Assembly (NCBI RefSeq): GCF_009914755.1
Contig: NC_060928.1
Reading direction: 5' to 3' (one strand)
Length of the DNA: 64,000 nucleotides
Origin: the human T2T-CHM13v2.0 reference genome, Homo sapiens
Of this stretch, positions 40,131-54,745 are shown piece after piece. How positions within the stretch are numbered: position 1 is the stretch's first letter; every line of letters begins with the position of its first letter. The position numbers were made by a program, and so were the translations under genes. The notes beneath the pieces were generated by a model. That model worked only from the letters and a program-made list of their open reading frames with translations, did not search any database and was not told the DNA's origin.

Positions 40131-41996
40131 ATCCCCTGGCCACCTCTGTACTCACATAGCATAGAGATGGAATCGCGACTGGAAGCCGGAACCCAGGAAC
40201 ATTTCTCCGCGTCTACGTTCCCACGCAGGTGGCTAATCTGCTTAATCTCACCCACGTAAACCACGTTGAAGTGTCTAATGAGCATGGGAAACAGATCACA
40301 ACTGAGGCCAATGTGGAATTGTTGGCAGATGCCATAAGGTTTTATTTTAGATTTTATAGCTATCAAAGAAGAATAATTCGTTTTGCTGTAATCTCATATC
40401 AGTATTTGATAGCCTGAAGAATTACTCTTTCATTTATAATAATACAAAATGTTTTGAGATCATACAGTAAGGAGTTGGTACCATACTTTTTAATTTGTAA
40501 GTAAGAAAAAAGTGAAACTAAGAAAATATAGATATTGGACACTCATTATGTTCACAGCATTGCAGGGACTACAAGAAAACATAATACATGGGCTTCCAAA
40601 TAGCTCATAAACAGTTTACTATGCAACACATAAAAAATGTTTACAATAACATATAAGAATATGAGACCTGGTTGTTCATCTGGAACTAAAACAGATAAAT
40701 GAAATCAGAGAGAATCCTCATAACTATTTTAATCTAATGATTTACTTCAGCCTTTTCTCCTACCAAAACTTTCATCAGAACTCCTAATAGTGTAAGAAAT
40801 ATGACCTGGTATTTTCACTGCTTCTTTCTAGTTCTTGTAAGAAGAATCAGAGAAATTATTCAACCAGTCCCTGATGTTGTAAGGGCTGTTTCCTTTAGAT
40901 GATGGCAGAATGCACATATCCCATAAACCACTGTAAGCAGAGAAACTACCTTATGTAACAAGCACAGAGAGGGGACTTTCCTGGTTCTTGGAGATGCTGT
41001 TATGATCCCAAAATAAAACTAAAGCACTGATTAGCTCCCTACTCTAAAGATGAGGGCCTCAAACCCCTGGAACTTCCTGGCAGGGCTTCGTAAGAGGCAG
41101 CAGAACTGGCAATCCTACCATTAACCACCACCCACCCCACCAGAACTTCCCCAGCCCACAAAGGCAACCAAAGAGGATGAGTTCCCCTTTAGAGCAATGA
41201 GGAGTCAATGTACTAATTCTCAGCAAGGCAGGAAGGCTTTGAATCTGATGGAGCACAGGAAAGGGAAGCCTGAACATCATTACTTGGCTTGATACTCGCA
41301 CAGATGGAGGTGCAGCTACTGCTGCCCAGGGCAGAGCTGGATGGGAGAGCCCCAGGAGAGCTTGGCCTCTACAACCCGAGAGCGTGAGCACATGTGAACA
41401 TAAAGATGACTGCTAATTTCTCAGCTAGAGAGCAAGCCAACGGGATCTGATGGGACATGTTACATCCTACAGGAAAGAAGGGGATGGGGTCATTCCCTGT
41501 CACAGCTTCCCACGGCACTGGGAGGGCCTAGACAAGGCCATTGGTGGCTCCCACAACCCATGTGAATGCACAGGGATGCTCGAGGAGAAGGCACTCTGGT
41601 GTCACCAGGTAAAGATGCTCCAACCCAGGGACAAGGACATGGGGCCAGAGCCCTGGGGACGCTAAAGGAAAACTAGGCTGGGGAGAGGGGCTTAGGCGAA
41701 GCTGAATGCTGGACTAAGATGGGTGTGTACCCCACATGCGCAGACATCGCCAAATGGACCAAAGCCACCAACATTAGAACAACCCAGAGCAAAGTGCAGC
41801 GAGAACAAGGTTGGCTCCTCTGCACTAACCCTCCGCACTGACCCTCTGCACTGACGTGCACCTGTGAGGAAGAAGATCCTTCAGTTCCCTCACTGGTCCT
41901 CTCCCTGCCCCTGCCCCAGCATCACAGGAGCTAGCCCTAAAAGGAAAGTCGTGCAGCTGGAGGGATCTCAAAGCCAGACCATACCCAGCCCACAAC

Positions 41997-42448
41997 TACA
42001 CACACACACTCACATACACATACACACTTACACACTCTCTCACACACAGACTTACTCTCTCACACACACTTACACACTCACACATTCTCACACACACACA
42101 TACACTGCCACATGTATGCACACAATCATGCACATTCAGACACATACACACACGCTTACACACACACAGACACATATATAATCACACTCTCACACTGTCA
42201 CACACACACAAACATACACACTCTCACACACTCACACACACACGCAGACATATACACACACTCTCACAGACACACATACACACACTCACATACTCTCACA
42301 CACACACGCCCTCACACAATACACTGACACATATATACACATATACACAATCACTCATGCACTCACTGACACACATACACACACTCACACATTTACACAC
42401 ATACACACCCACACACACATACACATACACTCAAACACACACACACCC
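41997..42448. repeat. Degenerate (CA)n / CACT / CATA low-complexity tract
   Basis: Read directly. Confidence 0.95.
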
Positions 42449-43364
42449 CTACAACATTCACAGAGCAAAGGTCACCAGCAAAGCTCCAATTGCCAGAGGG
42501 GTGAATTTTGACTGGTCTATCAATATGAGCTTCATATTCCAAATAAACCTGGATTACATTCTAGGAAGCAGAAGTCACTAGACACTGGAATGTGTTATTA
42601 ACGGGTAGGGAGAATAGATTTAATATGAGACACTGGAAAATCCTTACAGAAAAAATCAATTTTACTTTATACCCCAATCATATGAGAATTGGGAATCCTG
42701 ACATCCTAAGCTTACATCTCCTTCTCGTCCTTTCCTCAGCCCACTTCGTTACTGCTTTTCAAACGTTCTGCTCATGCAGACCAGCAATGCCCCGAGGTTG
42801 AAAATAACAGAAAGTTTTAAAAATCAAAAGGTCATTACACTTTTTAAAAACTGAGAAAAAATTCACATACCCTAATATTCACGTATTTAAAGCCCAGGTC
42901 TGGTCTGGTTCTCTGTGAGGCAGAAGGCTTTTGTCCACGTGGAGATGTTTGCACAGCAGGTGTCCACACTTTGCTCCGTCCGGTGTCCAGCTTCGCCTTG
43001 GCCCCTCTCTCACTGACAGGAGGGGAGCCTCGTTTTTTTGTCACCATCGGTGGTTCTTGTATCCATGTCTCTGTCCCTGGTTTCAAAGCCTCATCACCTG
43101 GTAGCACAAAAGAACCCTGCAATTCGATAATTTTTTATATATTCACAGAGTTGTGCCACCATCGCTACAACATGTTATAATATTTTTATCACCCCAAAAA
43201 GAACGCCCCCGCCCATTAGCAGCCACTCTCCATTTTCCCCAGTCCTCACCCTTAGGCAAACACTAATGTACACTCTGTCTCCATCATTTGCCCATCCTGG
43301 ACATGTTATATGAAAGAAATCATACAACATGTGGCCTTTTGTGTCTGGTTTCTTTTTCTTAGTA

Positions 43365-43710
43365 CAGGTTGAGTATCTCTTATCTGAAATGCTTGGGACC
43401 AGAAGTGCTTCAGATTGTGGCATTTTTCAGATTTTGGAATATTTGCAAATACCTTATGAAATATCCTTGGGATGTGACCCAAGTCTAAACACAAAACTCA
43501 CTTATGTTTTATATATACCTTATATAGGTATTTAGAAGGTAAATTTATTTTTCCCTTGGGGATGCTGAAGAAACTGTGCATTGTGCATTTGGGTTTTCAC
43601 TGCAACCTGTCTGGTGTGGAATTTTTCACTTGTGACATGTCGGTGCTCAAAAAGTTCAGATTTTGAAGCTTTTCATATTTCAAATTTTCATATTAGGGAT
43701 CCTCAATCTG
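43365..43710. mobile_element. Tigger4/MER46 (Zombi)-like MITE inserted in the L1M
   Basis: TIRs CAGGTTGAGTATC and GATCCTCAATCTG flanked by TA duplications at 43363-43364 and 43711-43712. Confidence 0.85.
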
Positions 43711-43869
43711 TATAATGTTTACAAAGTTCACACATGTTGTAACACATATCAATATTTTTAACAAATAATATTCCATTGCTTTGATCCATCGTTTTGTTGA
43801 TTCATCAGTTAATGGACATTGGTGGTGGTTCCACTTTTTGACTATTATGAATATTGATGCTATGAATAT

Positions 43870-44009
43870 CCACATGTGAGTATTTGTGTGACCACATGTG
43901 AGTATTTGTGTGACCACATGTGCGTATTTGTGTGACCACATGTGAATATTTGTGTGACCACATGTGAGTATTTGTGTGACCACATGTGAATATTTGTGTG
44001 GCCACATGT
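43870..44009. repeat. 22-bp minisatellite CCACATGTGAGTATTTGTGTGA, about 6 copies, inside the L1M
   Basis: Read directly. Confidence 0.95.
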
Positions 44010-46458
44010 TTTCATTTCTCTTGGATATGTACCTAGGAAAAGCATCATAGGATCAAATAGCAACTCTGTGCTTAACATTGTGAGAAAATGTCACACTGTT
44101 TTTCAAAGTGGCAGCACCATTTCACACTCCTCAGCAATGCCTGGGAGCTTCAGTTTCTTCCTATCCTCCTCAAGATGTCTGACTGTACATCCTTCTAGAT
44201 GTAACGTGGAATCCCATGGTGATTTTGATTGACATTTTCCTAATGACTAATGATGTTAAGCATTGTTCATGGGCTTGTTATTTGTGTTTATTCTTAAGAA
44301 ATATACGTCCTAAATCTCTTACTAATTTTTAATTGGGTTGTTGGTCCAATTTACCTAATTACCAAATCACCAAATTAAAAAGTCCAATTTGCCTAAAAGT
44401 CAAAAAAATTACTTCTATGCTTTCTTCTAATGTTTTACACATTTAGCTCTAACATTTATGTCTCTGAAATATTTTATGTTTTTTTCTTTTGAATAGCGTG
44501 AGTTAGGGATCCAGGTTTACTATTTTGCATGTGGCTATCTAGCGGTTCTGGCACTATTTGCTGAAAATATTTCTCTTTCTCAGTTGAATTATCTTGGAAC
44601 CCTTGTTAAAAATCAATTGGCCATACTGTAGAGAATCATTTCTGGACTCTCAACTCTATTCTGTCCAACTATATTTTTATGCTGGTATTATACTGCCTTG
44701 AATTCTGTAGCTTGCAGAAAGTTTCAAAATCAGAAAAATGTGAATAATTTAATTTTGTTCTTCACTTTTAAGAATGCTTTAGTTATTTGCGTCTTTGCAT
44801 TTCCATATGAATTTGATTATCAGCTTTTCCATTTTTGTAAAAAATCCAGAAAAATTGTATATTTTCATTGAATCTGTAAATCAATTTGAGTAATATGCTT
44901 ATCTAAGTAATATTAAATCTTCCACTTAAGAAATACAGAATGCCCTTCTATTTACACAGGTCTTCTTACACTTTTTCAACAAGGTTCTGCAGTTTTCACT
45001 GTGCAAGTTCTACGCTCCTTTTGTTACATTTATTCCTAAACATTCTCTTTTTTAATGCTAATGTAAGTAGAAGTGTTGTTAACATTTTATTTCCAGATTG
45101 TTCATTGCTAGTGCATAGAAATGCAACTAATTTATCATATTGATCTCAGCTATACTTGTATGTTAGGCCTGTTCTTTACTGGATTCCTTAGGATTTTCTA
45201 TATACAAGTTCATGTCATCTACAAACACAAGTAGTTTTACTTCTTCCTTTCCAATATGATTGTCTTTTATTTCTTTCCCTTGCCTAATTGACCTGGGTAG
45301 AACCTCCAGTACAATGTTGAGCTGAAGTGGCTGGAGTGGGTATCCTGTCTTGTTCTGATCTTCAGAGAAAGCATTCACTCCTTCCATCATTAAATATGGT
45401 GTAAGTTGAGTGTTTTTCAAAGATGCCCTTTATCACGTTGAGAACATTTCCTTCATTACTAGTTGGTTATTTTTTTTTTTATCATGAAAAGGTGTTGGTT
45501 CTTGTCAAGCATTTTTTCTACATCTATTGAGATAAGCATGTAGTCTTTGTCATTTATTCTGTATGTATAATATGATACACTATAATGATTGATTTTTGAA
45601 TTCTAAACAAGTCTAGTATTCCTGGAATAAGTGCCCTTTGGTTATGGTGTAAAAACCATTTTATGTGGTGCTAGATTTGGTTGCTAGGATTTTGCTAAAG
45701 GTTTTGCATCTATTTTAAAAGGAATGTTGCTCTGGCATTTTTAAATAATATTTTGTCTAGTTTTAATATCAGGGTGGTCTTAACTCATAGAATTGAGTTC
45801 TCTCCTATTTTTTGAAAGAACTCATAAAGGGCTGGGTATTAATTTTTTATAAATTGTGTAAAACTAATAAAAGTCATCTGAGCCTGAGCTTTTCTCTGTG
45901 ACAAGTTTTTTTAAATTACTAGCTGGATCACATTACTTACTATATGTCTATTCAGATTTTTTAATTTCTTTTTGAGTTAGTTTCAGTAGTTTCTATTTTT
46001 CTACAAATTCGTCAGTTTTCTGTAAGTTGCACAATATGTTGGTATAGAGTTCTTCACACTACTCCTTTATTGTCCTTTTTATTTCTGCAAGGTTGGTAGA
46101 GATGCCCCCTCTTTCATTACTCAATTTATTAAGTTGAATCTTATCTCCCTTTTTCTCATTATTTATTTGTGTGGATTAAAGTTACCATCTAGCATCCTTT
46201 TGTTTCAGCCGGAAGGACTGTCTTTATTATTATTATTATTCTTTGTCAGATAAATCTGCTATCAATGAATTATCTGTTTTTATCTGGAAATGTCTTAAAT
46301 CTTCATTTTAAAAGTATTGTTTTTGCTGAATATAGATATTTTGGTTGGTCTTTGTTGTTATTTTGAATATGCCCACCTGTTGTCTTCTGTCCTTCATGGT
46401 TTGCGATGAGAAGTCAGCTCTCAACCTTGGTGAGAATCCCTTGTACAGGATGAATCAG

Positions 46459-46520
46459 CGTGTGTGTGTGTGCGTGTGTGCGTGTGTGTGTGTGTGTGTG
46501 CGTGTGTGTGTGTGTGTGTG
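46459..46520. repeat. (TG)n microsatellite with CG interruptions
   Basis: Uninterrupted alternating purine-pyrimidine tract. Confidence 0.95.
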
Positions 46521-48049
46521 CTGTTTTCAAGGTTCTTTCTACTTGGATATATACATGAATGTTTTTCATTAAATTTGATAAGTTTTCAACTATTTTAATA
46601 AATATTCTATCTGCTCCTTTTTCTCTCTCTTCTCCTTCTGAACATCCATTATGCTTATTTTAGTATGCTTAATAATGTTCCACAGGTCTTTCAGCTTCTG
46701 TACATTTTTCTTCCTTATTTTTTCTCTCTGTTCCTCAGACTGGATAATTTTCAACTGAGTTGTCTTCCAGTGCTCTGATTCTTTCTTCTACTACTTCATA
46801 TCAGCTATTGAGTCCCATCAGTGAAATTTGCATTATTTCTATTATTGTATTTTTCAGTTCAAGAGTTTCTATATTTTTAAATAATTTCTACCTTCTTATT
46901 GATATACTATCTTGGTTTACAAATTGTCATTATGCTTCCCTTTAATACTTTAGACATTGTTTTCTTGAATTCTGTAAATATACTTCTAGTAGCTATATAA
47001 AGTCTTCTTTCCCTAAGTCCAACATCAGGGCTTCCTTAGAGATAGCTTATATTGATTACTTTTTTCACTGTGTAGGACCATACTTTCCTTTTTATGGCTC
47101 ATAATTATTTTATTGAAAACTAGTGATTTTAGAAAATATAACTCGGCAACATTGTAAGTTAGATATCCTCTGCAAAGTTTGTTCTGGCTGCTGTTGTGTG
47201 TTTGTTGTTGCTGCTGCTGTTTGTTTAGTGACTTTCCAGGACTAATGCTGTATGGTCTAAATTCCCTGTGATGTGTGACAACTAAGATCCTTTCTGGGTT
47301 AGTGTAAGAATGAGATAGTAGTTTACAAGAAATTTTATTGAACCAATAAATATTCAATGACTTTGCAGAGAGTCTCTGCAAAGTTATTGAACATGCATTT
47401 GACACTTAGGCAATTTACACATACTGCTTGCACAGAGCCTCAAGGCCAACCAGAGGCAAAAGATTTCCCCTCGCCTTTGCTGCCCACATGCATAGCAAGT
47501 TCCTGACCTGTTAGCTGGGATTTTAAGATGGTTATGTAAGCCACATGGAAGTGGGTACTTCCTTCTTTTCCTCCTATACATTGTCTGACCTCCACTTTCC
47601 AAAGGTTTTACTACTACTTAGTTCTAAGCTGGTAAAGACAAAGAATCAGACACTTTAAAAAGAAGGAAAATAAGTAATAGGGATTTTGGTGGATTATGAA
47701 AATTGATCACTTAACATTTTAAAATACATAGAAGATTATCTGGAAACCTGCCATTTAATATGTGCCGTTAGATTCGCCTTACCTTCTCTGTTTTTTAGCA
47801 TTTTACACAGTGGCAGATAATTTCTTAATATAAAGATGTAAGAAATCAATCCTGGGTGAAAACAAAATAATATCTGTATTACTGTCTGTGTCACTGATAC
47901 AATATGATTTAAGAAGGAGTGTCACTATGGTTTTCAATGATGCTGAGCTCAAAAGATTAAATTGTCTCCTGAGCATATTAAATGAACCTTTAATAACTCC
48001 ATATGGGACTCTCATACATGATTTTACTTAAAGTTTTCTAAAGTTTAAA

Positions 48050-48150
48050 TATATGTATATATCCTCTCTCTATATATATATACACACACATATATACACA
48101 CATATATTTAAAGTAAAATATATATATAAACTAATATATATTATATATAA
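48050..48150. repeat. (TA)n/(CA)n low-complexity tract
   Basis: Read directly. Confidence 0.85.
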
Positions 48151-48930
48151 AGTAAAATCTAACTTGATTTCAACCTTAAAGTATTCATAACTCTCTTAGC
48201 CCTTAAATACCAATATGTCTTGAATATGGCCTAGGGATAAAGAAGGGGTCGCTTACTTAGGTCCCAAGCGAAATTGTCAAGGATTCTGTTTAGCCACAAA
48301 AGCCGTTAGGAAAAGGGCACTGAAGCTCTATGACAGTAGGCACAGAGAACTACCAGATTATCTGAGCTTCAGATTCCAATTTCATTTCCGCTCAGTTTGC
48401 AAGCTGTTTCTACAACCATGATTTCCCTCTCCCCAGTCTCCTGTGAGTGATGGCTGCCGGGACGGCCTGTCGGCTGCTGGCTCACGGCTCCCAGCCTGCG
48501 GTTTCCAGTGCCTGTGCGCTCCATTGCCAGTGGTTCTTGTCTAGGAGAGGTGCCATTCCCACTGCAAAATTCTGCATGTACGTTTGACATGCTCACTTCC
48601 TTACAGCAGCTTTAATCTGTCACATACTTGCTCAGGAGCCTTCAACAACCTTCCGTGTCCTACTTCACCCATCCAGACTCTTCATGGCTTTGAAGGACTC
48701 CACTGCACGACTGGACCTCATTTCCTAACCAGGTCGCTCGCCACTCCCACTCCTCACCCAAAGCAGATAAACTGATCTACCCTGTTCTTCTCCCCACTGA
48801 CCTTCGTACTGTTCTTTCCATATGGCCTAGTTTAAATCGGTTTCCTCCTTGTGACTCTATAAATACTATTTTTGTTGTCATTGTCATTGCTGTTGATATT
48901 GGTTTACAGTTTAATGTCTCCATAATGAAT

Positions 48931-49085
48931 ATGGTGACCATACAATTTATTACAATTTATTGTCCAAACCAGGATACTTTTGAGAGTGAGGGCGTTTCTA
49001 TTAATGAAATACCTGGGCAAGAGGCATAGGCCAGATGTTTTAGGCTGAGGCTGCTCAGAGCAAGCCAGGCCACATAGGCACCTTA
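48931..49085 (+). mobile_element. MER94-like hAT-Blackjack MITE
   Basis: ggtgaccatacaatttatt...gtccaaaccaggatacttttgagagtga matches the MER94 5' end as recalled. Confidence 0.7.
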
Positions 49086-51725
49086 TTTTAGTACATTTTA
49101 AAATAACATTTTAAGAATATTTATTGAAATATTACAAGTTAGATGATTATTGACCAAATTAAAATTCTACTTTGGACTCAGGTTTAATTGCCAAGGAAAG
49201 AAAAAGCAGCTACAATCTTAACAACTTAGAGAAACGCCAACTTGACATTAAAATAGTGACTTCCCTGCCAGAGATTTTCCTGTTTTGCTTATCATGCTAA
49301 GCTACCTTTTAAAGAGATAAAATAAATGTAATAGATCAGCAATTTCTGTGTTAATTTGAACATGGTTGGTGTTTATTATTATTATCCATAAACTAAGAAA
49401 GTCTCAGTGGAAAAGTCATGTTCTTTTTATCCTCATCTCATAAAATCTGGCTGTCCACAGTTCTTCAAAGTTCACTGTATAACCAGACATGGATTAACCA
49501 AACATTTATATAAATTTACCAAGTTTTAAAGATTAATTCAATTAATCCGAACTAATCCAATCTACTTGACCTAAGTTTATAAGACACTGATAGAAATCTC
49601 TCCATAAATAGTCTGAGGACATTAGGCCCTTGTTACTCAAGGCAGTAAAAAAACAAAGCAATTTGTTAAAAATCACACAGAAGATGCCTCTAGAGCTCAG
49701 CCCTCCCAGGCCAGGTTCCCCTCACACAGAGAATGCAGGAAGGAGGAGGAAAGATGAGGTGCCCGTGAGTGCGGAGGGGACACCAAGGGACAGCGGGCTG
49801 CCTAACCAAGGAGGGAGGCTCGCCTCCTTCCACGAGAACAGACCGGAGACTCTCGACTGAGAGAAGAGACTGTCTGGGTTGTGGTGCCAGTGGCCCTTCT
49901 ACTAAAAACAGCAACATCAATAATAATGGTGTTTAACATTTAGTAAGCACTTAATATATAACAGCGACACTAAATCTTCAGGCTTCCTTCACCATCGCTG
50001 ATTATCATCTGAAATACTGATATATCGTGGCAGTGCCTGGAGACCTCCTAGATCCACAGCAATGTTAATGGTCAGGTGGAAATGAGTGACTGGGAACAGA
50101 GTGGGACACCTGTTTACACAGCCAGTTCGACACGGCGTGGAATCACATGTCCTCAGGCTTGTTAGTCCCTACTCAGCAGGGATGCATTTTATAGAAATTA
50201 CAGATCTGATAAAAGGCTAGTTTGAGATGTTTTATAAATAGCCTGGGAATTCCTTTCGCTGTTAATTAAGCCCTGCGTGGTGTCTTCATTTCTGTGATGT
50301 GTGCCATTCTCACTGGCTTTCATGTTGCAACAAAGAACAATTTTCCCTGTTGTGGGAGAAATGGCCAGGAGGGAAACATTATTAATTCTTCATGAAAGAA
50401 TAGGAGTTTTTTTTAACGTTCAGCTTTTTAAAATCAGTGCTTTGTGATCCTCTGGCACATCACACATGTGTTCGGGTGTCCCCAGAGAAGCATTTTCTCA
50501 GACCCTCCTTATGCAGATTCGTTTTTACTGAATGCAGCAGAGCAGGACAGCATTCCTTCTTCTTCCCAATGCATTTTGGCTTCTTTACACAAGAGCCGGG
50601 CTGAGTCATGAGCCTCAGAGCCTATGCCCTCTCTTCTCACAGAGCAGCCTCTTTCTTTGTTCCAAGGTAGATGCACTATGATGATGCTATAGTCTATGAA
50701 ATTCATCCAGCATCTCCGTGTCACTGCGCTGCCTTGGAGTCTATGAATCCCAACTCTGGCCTTGTCTCTATCTCAGGTGTGGAAGAAATTAGGAAACAGA
50801 AAAGAGGACTGCAACGGCAACTGCCACAGGAGCCTACCGTCAAGTCCCTTCCCAAATTCACAGCCATCTACCAACGAGTCAAAGCCAAAGCCATCTTTAT
50901 TAGACTTTATGTTGAATAACTGCTTTGGAAACACCAGGTTCCCAAGGCGGGTCTTAGGGACTGATGTGCGTATCTACTCCTGAGCTTGCTGGGGGAGCTG
51001 CAGAAGGAATGGAGGAGAAAGCACCTCCAGGTTCTTCAGAGCCCCAGGCTTGCACGCTGTGAGCTGAAGGTCATAGGCTCTACCATGCAACATGCAGGAT
51101 GCAGAGCCGTAGGGGCGGGAGAGGAGCCCATGCTGAGGAGTACCTGGGTCCATCAAGCAGGGTGAAGGGAGCAGAGGAGGACGCAGCCTGGGATTCTGCA
51201 CACTTACTTCCCGACGGCTCCACAGGGACTGTAAAATAGGCTTCTTCCAAGATTCACTCGCTGAAGACAGGATATTGTGGATGCTGAAACTTTGCTCTGG
51301 AGGGATGTCGATGGTGACTTGGGCACTCGCCTAGGCTCAATGAGATGCCAGGGACCAAGACCAGCACGTTCACACTTCAGCGTATTCCCATGTCTACCAA
51401 CACCATCGCTTTCTCGCTTCTTCCCAGTGCAAAGGAGATAGTGTGTATGAACCATAGCCCACAGGCCACACATGACAACAGGACCTACACTGACAGACCT
51501 TGTTGTCACAGGTACTCAGAACCCACCACCAATAACCTCTTTCCAGAATTAGCACTTAGGGGCCCTGATGTATAAGGCTCACCTGACTCTACCTTCCCAC
51601 CTGCCCCCCACCATCCCCCCCCCCTCCTGCAGCAGGGTGCTGTCCTCCTGAGGGCCTGTGTCCCTGAGGGACAAAGGCCACACGTCGATTTTCAGAGTAA
51701 GATTTTTTATTTTCTTGATTAGCCT

Positions 51726-52165
51726 TGTCAGCCTAAAGGGAAGAAACTGAGGCAAAATTAATATAAGTGGAGAGATCTTTGGGGCCAACTTGAGGACTGC
51801 AACCCGGGAGCACAGATTCAAGTTGCCCTGAATATCCACTCCAAATAGCAGCAGTTACAAGTGGGTTTTTAAAGGCAATGAACGGGGACAGGGAGTGGGC
51901 TGATACAAAGGGCTTTGTCAGGAATTCTCACTGGCTTACAGAAAATACGTTGATCAGTGATTAGCCACACACTGTTATGTAGGGTGTGGGTTATGTCCAG
52001 CGTGGCCTTATTAGGTTAATTTATAGGCACTTGTAGTAGCAGCAGTTTCCAGAGATGAATTCATAGCTCAAGAGGGAATTGGGACATGATTACAGTCTTG
52101 TTTTGACATCTCTCTGGGCCTGATCATTAAAAGGACTTGCATTCCTCAGAGTTCTTTGCTTAGCT
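51726..52165 (-). mobile_element. ERV1 solo LTR (MER65/MER4-group-like)
   Basis: tgtcagcctaaagggaagaaactgaggcaaaattaatataagt...aacccgggagcacagattcaagttgccctgaata. Confidence 0.65.
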
Positions 52166-52209
52166 TCTCTGTCATTCACCATCCCAGCCACAGCCCCCTT
52201 CTGTCTTCT

Positions 52210-52800
52210 AACCTTTCATTACTCAGCACTTATGCCATACTGGACAGTGCAACAGGTGCTGCAAATGAGAGGGGAACAAGGTGGACATGGTCACTCTTGT
52301 GCTGTGTGTGGTCTAGAGATAAACATACACAAGATGTACAAAAACAAAGCAATTACACATGTGATGAAAGCTATTAAGGAATAAGTCGAGTGCTGAGATG
52401 GAGAGCAACTGGGGCAGGGATCTCTGCTTTAGACAGAGTGGTCAGGGGAGGTCCCTCAGAGTAGTTGAGACTTCATCTGGGACCAGAAAGATGGAAAACA
52501 ACCAGTCATAGAAAATGTGTGTTGCCTGTGTGTGTAGCAGGTGTGGTGGGATGGACAGTCTACAACAGGGAAGAGTTTGGCTCAGAAAAGTGTGTCCAAT
52601 GAGTAGAATAAACAGACACAGGATGAATTTGGGAATCAGGCAGGGACCATATTATGGTAGCCATGAGAGTTCAAGAAGAAAGTTTATTTTATACTCTAGG
52701 TATAAAAATAAAATAAAACAAAATGAGAGTTTTAATCAGAATAGAAACATGATTAGGATAAATATTTGCTGAACGAATGAAGAAATGGGTGAGTGAATGG
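52210..52800 (-). mobile_element. L2 fragments
   Basis: Degenerate L2 blocks (ttagacagagtggtcagggga...; ataaatatttgctgaacgaatga). Confidence 0.5.
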
Positions 52801-54378
52801 GTTCATTTCCTTCCAATCCCACAGCTTTAGATAGAGTCTGTGCCCCCTGAGTCCCATCTCACTTCCATTCCTTCTTTTCATACACTGCTATCTTCTCATC
52901 ACCTCTCAGGCAATGTGAAACCCAACCTCTGTCCTTCACAACTCTCTTTTTCTCACATCCTCACCTCACTGGGAGAGGAGAGCCACATGTCAACCTAGAG
53001 TTACCCCTTGAATTATTTGAAGACACACAGAATTGCTTGCAGACATTTGCATTAGATAAAAATGTTATTTTGCAGTTTGTTCCCCCAAAGCTGCTAGTTC
53101 TCCTTCCCTGCCATGGGAATACATCCACTGGAAGCTGCTAGTTCTCCTTCCCCGCCATAGGAATGTATCCATTGGAATGGAAGCTCCATGGGAGCAGGAC
53201 ACGTGTATTCTCTATTTTACTTCTGTGCACTAATATGTTACCTAGCCCTGTGACCTCAGCAGCAGTGCCAAATCTGTCATTCTGTGCCTGCTGACAAAGG
53301 TGCTTACAGCCTCTGACAATCTCCTAACACCTCTCTGAGGGAAAGAGGAACAGACTTAATACTAGTAGCTGCTTTTATTGGTGAATAAAATTGAGGACTG
53401 CTAGTGGATTTTATAAGTACCAAATTTCCCTAGAAAAGCATTGAGAAGGCCTAAAGCAAGGGACTTTAGTCCATAAATTTGGAAAAATACCTTCCCTCGC
53501 CAGGAGGGTAAAGGTTTTGATTTATCCAGAACATTTATTATGGTTTTAAAGGATTTTTTAACCCATGTTTGTTTCACAAGATTGGCATGGAAATGTCATC
53601 TGCTCTTAGCTTTTCTGCATTTTTAAAGCATCAAAGGTCTAACCTTGTCTTTCCATAGCCCACGAGAAAGACCTGTGGCTTCTGTCTTAAGCAGTTCCTC
53701 ACACAGAGCATATTTTGCATAAGTTAAATTGTTAATGGCTATTCAAGGGCTGTAAAATGTTTTGCATTTGTTTTTCTTCTCTTTATTTTTTTTTAAACTC
53801 CTTTAGGTGATTCATCAAGCCTACTTCTTGAACCAGCTGTGAGAGATCAAGAAATGTTATTTGCATTCAAGGGAAGAATTTTCAGGCAAGAAACAATCTG
53901 CCTGTTGAATACATTCATGTGAATAGAAAAAATGTTTTAAAGCTGAGCAAAAAGAAAGCAAGGGGCACACATGGGAGAGAGAACTACCTCTCAGTATGAA
54001 CCGTGCAGAACTTTGATCATAACTTTAAATAAAACCAGATTTCACCAGGTGTGACAAGCTCTGGATCCAGAACATCTGCAGCTCTGATTAGAGCTCAGAC
54101 TCGCTCTCACAAGGCTTGCTTGCTTTCTCCTTCAATTCAGTTGCCCTAGATAAGGAAGGCCCTGCTCTCAAACCTGCATCTTAAGAAGCGAGGCCCCAGA
54201 GTGGCAGGGAAAGGCAGGAGAGCAGGAAACGCACCACACCTGAGTTAGAAGGCTTGGGTTCTACGTTCAGCTGGGACAATAGATAAATAGAATTGCTATT
54301 AATAAAACTCAAGGCATGATTTCAACAATGACAATCCACACTCACTGAGTGCTTTATACGTGTCATGTACTATGCTAG

Positions 54379-54745
54379 TGTTGAAAGAAAAGCTTTAAAA
54401 AATTAAATTTAAAAGTTCATTTGAGCAAAGGGTAATTCATGAACCAGGTAGCACTCTAAACCAAAAGGGGCTCAGAGCACTCTGCTCTGCAGGTGATGGG
54501 ACGTGAGTTTTTATAGGCAGAACACAGAAGTACAGAAATGGCGGCTGGATTGGCTTCAGCTGGGCCTTATTTGCACATGGTCTGATCACTTGGCTGCCTG
54601 TGATGGGCTGAGACCTGGCTATCTATTACAAAATTATATACTCCCATGGTGGGTTCCAGTGTGTTCACATACTAAGGTGGGTTATATGTCCTTACTTAGG
54701 AACTCAAAGTATGGAGACAGACTCAGGCCAAACTTAATTGAACGC
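54379..54745 (-). mobile_element. ERV1 solo LTR (MER93/MER57-like)
   Basis: tgttgaaagaaaa...aaattaaatttaa...tgagcaaag...aggccaaacttaattgaac; TATA and CCAAT motifs on the minus strand. Confidence 0.6.

Larger units (their letters stand above)
43100..47420 (-). mobile_element. Ancient L1M (MC/MD/ME-type) LINE, fragmented
   Basis: L1M 3' end (tatattcacagagttgtg...ttttatcaccccaaaaag), ORF2 remnant at 45163-45420 (QLNIVLEVL...[18 protein letters not shown]) and ORF1/5'-like sequence further right. Confidence 0.8.

Noticed and set aside
41864-42581. His/Thr-rich ORFs
   Set aside because: Translation of the (CA)n low-complexity tract.
53088-53175. 44-bp two-copy tandem duplication (similar small duplications at about 13418-13453 and 34978-35012)
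   Set aside because: Ordinary local slippage events with no further structure.
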